Shown in pieces: positions 60,280-64,000 of a DNA stretch of 64,000 bases. Position numbers and translations under genes: made by a program. Below the pieces are notes generated by a model. It did no database searches. It saw only the letters and a list, made by a program, of their open reading frames with translations, and had not been told where the DNA came from. This DNA comes from SAR324 cluster bacterium (lineage in GTDB: Bacteria; SAR324; NAC60-12). The DNA is taken from positions 689 through 64,688 of the forward strand of contig JAQWOT010000358.1 in assembly GCA_029245725.1 (NCBI GenBank). The letters are read 5' to 3'. Within the stretch, counting starts at the first letter, position 1, and each line of letters starts with the position of its first letter.

Positions 60280-61044
60280 TCACCACAATGCAGTATTTTG
60301 GAGGACCCCTGCGATGCCTTCTGCAGCCACTTCTAGCAATAGTTCTCCCTTAGCTGCCGTTGCCACGGAGGGACTCCCGATCACACCATTTGCAGAAACC
60401 TCCTTAAATGATACCCAACGGGAAACCCCGGATCCATAAAAGGGAATCTCTAGCGTTCCATCAGCCTGATTGAGGGTGGACTGATTGACCAGTTCCGGTT
60501 CCAAGGCCAGCATCATCGAAGTCTCTGCTTCACCAGCATGACGCACATTCTGCTGGACTTCAAGAATCTCGGCAAACTTCTCAGCCACCTCAGGTAGCGT
60601 CCAATAGGTGCCAGAAACTACTCTTAATCCATCCAACTCTCTGACCAACTCCGAACAGATTACGTTCAGAGCAGCAATGTTTCCACCATGACCATTGAGA
60701 AGGAAGATTCGTCGAAACCCATGATGACGAATGGAGCGACAAAGATTTCTTAACAGCGCATGAAAGGTTTCAAAATCGAGGGTCAGCGTGCCGCAAAAAT
60801 CCATATGATGTTCAGCAAGCCCACACCAAACAGTCGGAGTCACCAATATTGGCTGATGTGTCTGAACTTTCAGCGCAGCCCGCCGCGCTACCTCTGTCGC
60901 GAGTAGTGCGTCTACCTTAACCGGGAGATGTGGTCCATGTTGCTCTATCGAACCAACTGGAACAACTATGATGGCATTGGCATCTGCTAGTGATTTCAAT
61001 TGAGGAGACCGCAATTGCTCCCAATAAATTTGCTCTTCCATCAC
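60280..61044 (-). CDS. Creatininase (creatinine amidohydrolase) family protein
   Basis: GSIEQHGPHLP..D, LNGHGGN, HAGEAETS metal-binding motifs. Confidence 0.93.
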   Translation of the reverse strand: MMEEQIYWEQLRSPQLKSLADANAIIVVPVGSIEQHGPHLPVKVDALLATEVARRAALKVQTHQPILVTPTVWCGLAEHHMDFCGTLTLDFETFHALLRNLCRSIRHHGFRRIFLLNGHGGNIAALNVICSELVRELDGLRVVSGTYWTLPEVAEKFAEILEVQQNVRHAGEAETSMMLALEPELVNQSTLNQADGTLEIPFYGSGVSRWVSFKEVSANGVIGSPSVATAAKGELLLEVAAEGIAGVLQNTALW

Positions 61045-61376
61045 TTATTTCCTCAGCGCAATTGAATAAAGATTTGTGAAAGTATCGATCATCTTGTTGC
61101 ATTTTCTGACAAATGCCAATCACTTCGAAGAAATCTATTTTTTTGATTGACACAAAATATTTCTCTGGTTATACCTCCCCCCACTCACTATCCCGCAAGC
61201 TATTTTGATAAATACAAATTTTTTATTTTGTAATTCCATGGATAGCTGGCTGAAGAAGTGTGAATGGGTCTCCAAAGAGAGAAATTCATTTCAATGAAAT
61301 TCCCAACCACAAAGAAAGTGAGCCTTTTGGGAGAAGCTGCTCCCCACGTACCCATACTCTTTAAGAGGACAAGATC

Positions 61377-62654
61377 ATGATGAAGAAATGGTTGACGATT
61401 GCTGCGCTTGCCTTGGTTGGTTGGGCAGCTCCCATGTCGGCTCAAGATACTGATGTAGAATTGACTGGCTGGCCCTATCAAGTTGATGTGGTCCGAGAAA
61501 ACCTTGAGCGTTTCACCAGTCAGTCTGGCTTGAGCGCAACTTACAATCCCTTCCCCAGCAACGAATACCATACCAAGATGGTCTCGAGTTTTGCCTCTGG
61601 AACCAACTTTGATGTGGTCTATGTCCGTGACAGCTTCCTAGCAGAGTGGGCCGCAGCTGGCTGGATTATACCCCTAACCGGACTTCCCGGAGTAGATGAT
61701 TACATGGCGGATCTGCCCCAAGGAATCATCGAACAGATGTCTTTTGAGGGTGAAGTCTACGGACTACCCTACTACTCTGGGAATTCAGTATTCGTTTACA
61801 ATGATCGCTTGATGAAACAGGCTGGCATTAATTCACCACCCAAGACGTGGAATGATCTAAGGTCACAAGCACAAGCGATGAAGGACAAGGGGATACTCCC
61901 CAAACCAGTCGTCATCGGCTTGGCTGCTAACGAAAACTCAATCCTTCGAACCTTGGAGATCGTCTCTGCAGGATTCGGTGGTAAATTCTTCAATGACAAA
62001 CTGGAACCAGTTTTCCAAGAGCCAAACAGCGGCGTTCGTAAGGCATTAGCCTGGATTGCTGATGGTATCAAGAGTGGCTGGATCAACGAGGCTTCCTTAA
62101 ACCAGGGCGATGGTGAGATTGATCAATTCATGCGCTCTGGCACAGCTGCCTTCACGCTGGTCACTGATTACGAGATGAAGGTGCTCAACGACTCGGAGCA
62201 ATCCAATGAGGCCGGTAACATCAAGAACGCCCTGGTTCCTGGTTCCGCCGATGCCACCAGCGGTACCATTGGCTACGTCCGGCTCTATTCAATAACCTCT
62301 GAGGCAGATAAGGAAAAAGCTTGGAAACTGGTTCAGTTTCTAGGGGGTAAGGACGCAACTGGTGCCTATTATGTACCGAAGCGCTGGGCTCTAGAGTTTG
62401 GACTCGGCTTCTCTCCAGCTCCACTATATAAAGACGCAGACGTGCGCAACTCGATCTCAGGTTGGATTGACCCTGACCTGCTTCAGGAGCAAGCCAAGTA
62501 TGCCATCAATCGTGGCTACCGCTTCGTTCCCTACTTCTCTGACTGGGAGACTGAGGCCTGGGGTGGATTCCAGGAGATCATTGGCGGTGCTGACGCTGAT
62601 TCTATCCTTGAAGAATTGGCGGAGAATTGGAACGAGCTGCAGTCAGAGTACTGA
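61377..62654 (+). CDS. CUT1 ABC transporter substrate-binding protein
   Basis: Signal peptide, FDVVY, YGLPY, PPKTWNDL, AWKLVQFL. Confidence 0.9.
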   Translation: MMKKWLTIAALALVGWAAPMSAQDTDVELTGWPYQVDVVRENLERFTSQSGLSATYNPFPSNEYHTKMVSSFASGTNFDVVYVRDSFLAEWAAAGWIIPLTGLPGVDDYMADLPQGIIEQMSFEGEVYGLPYYSGNSVFVYNDRLMKQAGINSPPKTWNDLRSQAQAMKDKGILPKPVVIGLAANENSILRTLEIVSAGFGGKFFNDKLEPVFQEPNSGVRKALAWIADGIKSGWINEASLNQGDGEIDQFMRSGTAAFTLVTDYEMKVLNDSEQSNEAGNIKNALVPGSADATSGTIGYVRLYSITSEADKEKAWKLVQFLGGKDATGAYYVPKRWALEFGLGFSPAPLYKDADVRNSISGWIDPDLLQEQAKYAINRGYRFVPYFSDWETEAWGGFQEIIGGADADSILEELAENWNELQSEY

Positions 62655-62686
62655 TTTGCTGCTCCTTCCATTGATATCATAACAAC

Positions 62687-63613
62687 ATGAGGGCATTCGC
62701 TCAGAATGCCCTTTCTGCAATGACGAAGAATCCCTCCACTGAAATTCCCCAAGGAAGATTAGCGTTGATCTTCAGTGCTCCGGCACTGCTGATCCTGGCA
62801 GTGACCGTTCTGGTCCCCCTGGCTTATGCGATCTATCTCAGCTTTCATCGCTACAACCTCAAGCGAGCGAAGCGCCCCTTTGCTGGCTTCCGGAATTATG
62901 AAAAAATCCTGACAGACGATAAGTTCTGGGATTCCCTGGCAACGAGCTTTATCTTTGCGGTAAGTGCAGTTGCAGTGATCACTGTAGTCTCTTTCTTCCT
63001 AGCCTTGCTACTTGATCAGGATTATCCAGGGCGTGGTCTGTTGCGGGCACTTCTGTTGATCCCCTGGGCCATTCCTGATGTTGTGAATGCCTTGCTCTGG
63101 AAATGGCTGTTGCATCCAGCCTTTGGGGTAATGAACGCACTCTTTCAAATGGGAGGCCTGATTGATGACTATGTTGCCTGGCTCAGTAGTATGCCCAGTG
63201 CAATCATTTGGGTTATCATCGCCTATTCCTGGAAGAACATTCCTCTGGCAACACTGCTGATTCTTGCAGGCTTGCAGACAATTCCAAAAACTCTGCATGA
63301 GGCAGCTGAACTCGAGGGAGCCAGCGCTTGGAAGCGCACGCTTTACATTACGCTTCCATTGCTTCGACCAACTCTCACTGTTGTGCTAATTTTTGAAACG
63401 ATCTTTGCACTCAAGGTTTTCGATCTAATCTATGTGCTTACCTCTGGAGGACCAGGCAAATCAACCACCGTCCTAGGTTGGAGTATCTACATCAATACCT
63501 TCAAGAAGCTTGATTTTGGGACAGGCAGTGCTCTTGCCATGATTCTCGGCTTGATCACCCTCTTTATTGCTATTGTCTTCTACGCATTCCTGGATCGGGG
63601 AGAAAAACAGTGA
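62687..63613 (+). CDS. CUT1 ABC transporter permease 1
   Basis: LLIPW, EAAELEGAS (EAA motif), TSGGPG. Confidence 0.93.
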   Translation: MRAFAQNALSAMTKNPSTEIPQGRLALIFSAPALLILAVTVLVPLAYAIYLSFHRYNLKRAKRPFAGFRNYEKILTDDKFWDSLATSFIFAVSAVAVITVVSFFLALLLDQDYPGRGLLRALLLIPWAIPDVVNALLWKWLLHPAFGVMNALFQMGGLIDDYVAWLSSMPSAIIWVIIAYSWKNIPLATLLILAGLQTIPKTLHEAAELEGASAWKRTLYITLPLLRPTLTVVLIFETIFALKVFDLIYVLTSGGPGKSTTVLGWSIYINTFKKLDFGTGSALAMILGLITLFIAIVFYAFLDRGEKQ

Positions 63614-64000
63614 AGCGCAACAATCTCACTCGCTACATTCTGCTCTACCTAGCATCTGCACTTTTTTTGATCGTTTTCATTGGCCCTTTTGTCTGGCTGG
63701 TCAGCTCCAGTCTCCAATTGGAGCGCCAACTCGTTCAGGTTCCTACAGTCTGGTTACCAGATCCCCTCAGTCTGGCGAGCTACAAGGAGATTTTTTACGG
63801 AGCCTTTTTCGATGAGTCCTACGTCTCTGCCGATGGTTACAGTTCTTCCTATCAAGCCAGGATTTATCTTGGTTCCTTCCTGAATAGCGGGATCATCGCT
63901 CTCAGTGTCTCCTTCTTCAGCGTAGTCTTTGGTGCCTATGCTGCTTATCCAATTGCACGCCTGAACTTTCGGGGTCGCTACACTCTACTCTTCTCCATCT
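63610..64000 (+). CDS. CUT1 ABC transporter permease 2 (partial, runs off window)
   Basis: GTG start overlapping previous stop; GPFVWLVSSSLQ, FLNS..IA, AAYPIARLNFRG. Confidence 0.9.
   Translation, partial: MKRNNLTRYILLYLASALFLIVFIGPFVWLVSSSLQLERQLVQVPTVWLPDPLSLASYKEIFYGAFFDESYVSADGYSSSYQARIYLGSFLNSGIIALSVSFFSVVFGAYAAYPIARLNFRGRYTLLFSI

Noticed and set aside
61147-61176. Sigma70 promoter for the CUT1 operon (TTGACA at 61147-61152)
   Set aside because: The -10 candidate at 17-bp spacing (TATACC) lacks the conserved final T; too weak to call.
1383-63883. Numerous 60-150 aa ORFs antisense to or nested in confident genes (e.g. 1383-1772, 6247-6699, 33591-33983, 45139-45354, 32253-32501, 58893-59300)
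   Set aside because: Shadow frames of real genes, without RBS or recognisable motifs.

Overview
Bacterial genomic window with no rRNA, tRNA or CRISPR array detectable by eye. It is accessory in character: catabolic operons and transporters alternate with AT-rich stretches, arrays of very small genes and at least 14 recognisably broken genes. The family mix (TTT and ABC transporters, BetA, DMSP-lyase-like cupin, GYD/SnoaL/DUF3764-type mini-proteins, secreted pentapeptide proteins) suggests a marine pelagic bacterium, possibly SAR324-like; this is inference and cannot be confirmed from the window. Layout: (1) a GH32 running off the left edge, a DMT gene and a MATE pseudogene; (2) an AT-rich operon (tctCBA, PLP aminotransferase, SDR, alpha/beta hydrolase, M20 amidohydrolase, GntR) between two decayed paralogous tyrosine integrases; (3) betA and an FMN alpha-hydroxy acid dehydrogenase; (4) a roughly 17-33 kb small-gene and pseudogene field, including a 3.0 kb cassette between direct repeats; (5) an ADH/hydroxyacid dehydrogenase/VOC cluster, a hygromycin-kinase-like APH, and a 7TM-DISM hybrid histidine kinase ending in what looks like a ChiS-family DNA-binding domain; (6) a ROK-regulated fructose/fructoside locus with broken fba and frcK-like genes; (7) a DUF4198/HupE-UreJ pair, a DMSP-lyase-like cupin, SOUL, creatininase and a CUT1 ABC transporter running off the right edge. 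All family calls are from motif recognition by eye, not database searches.
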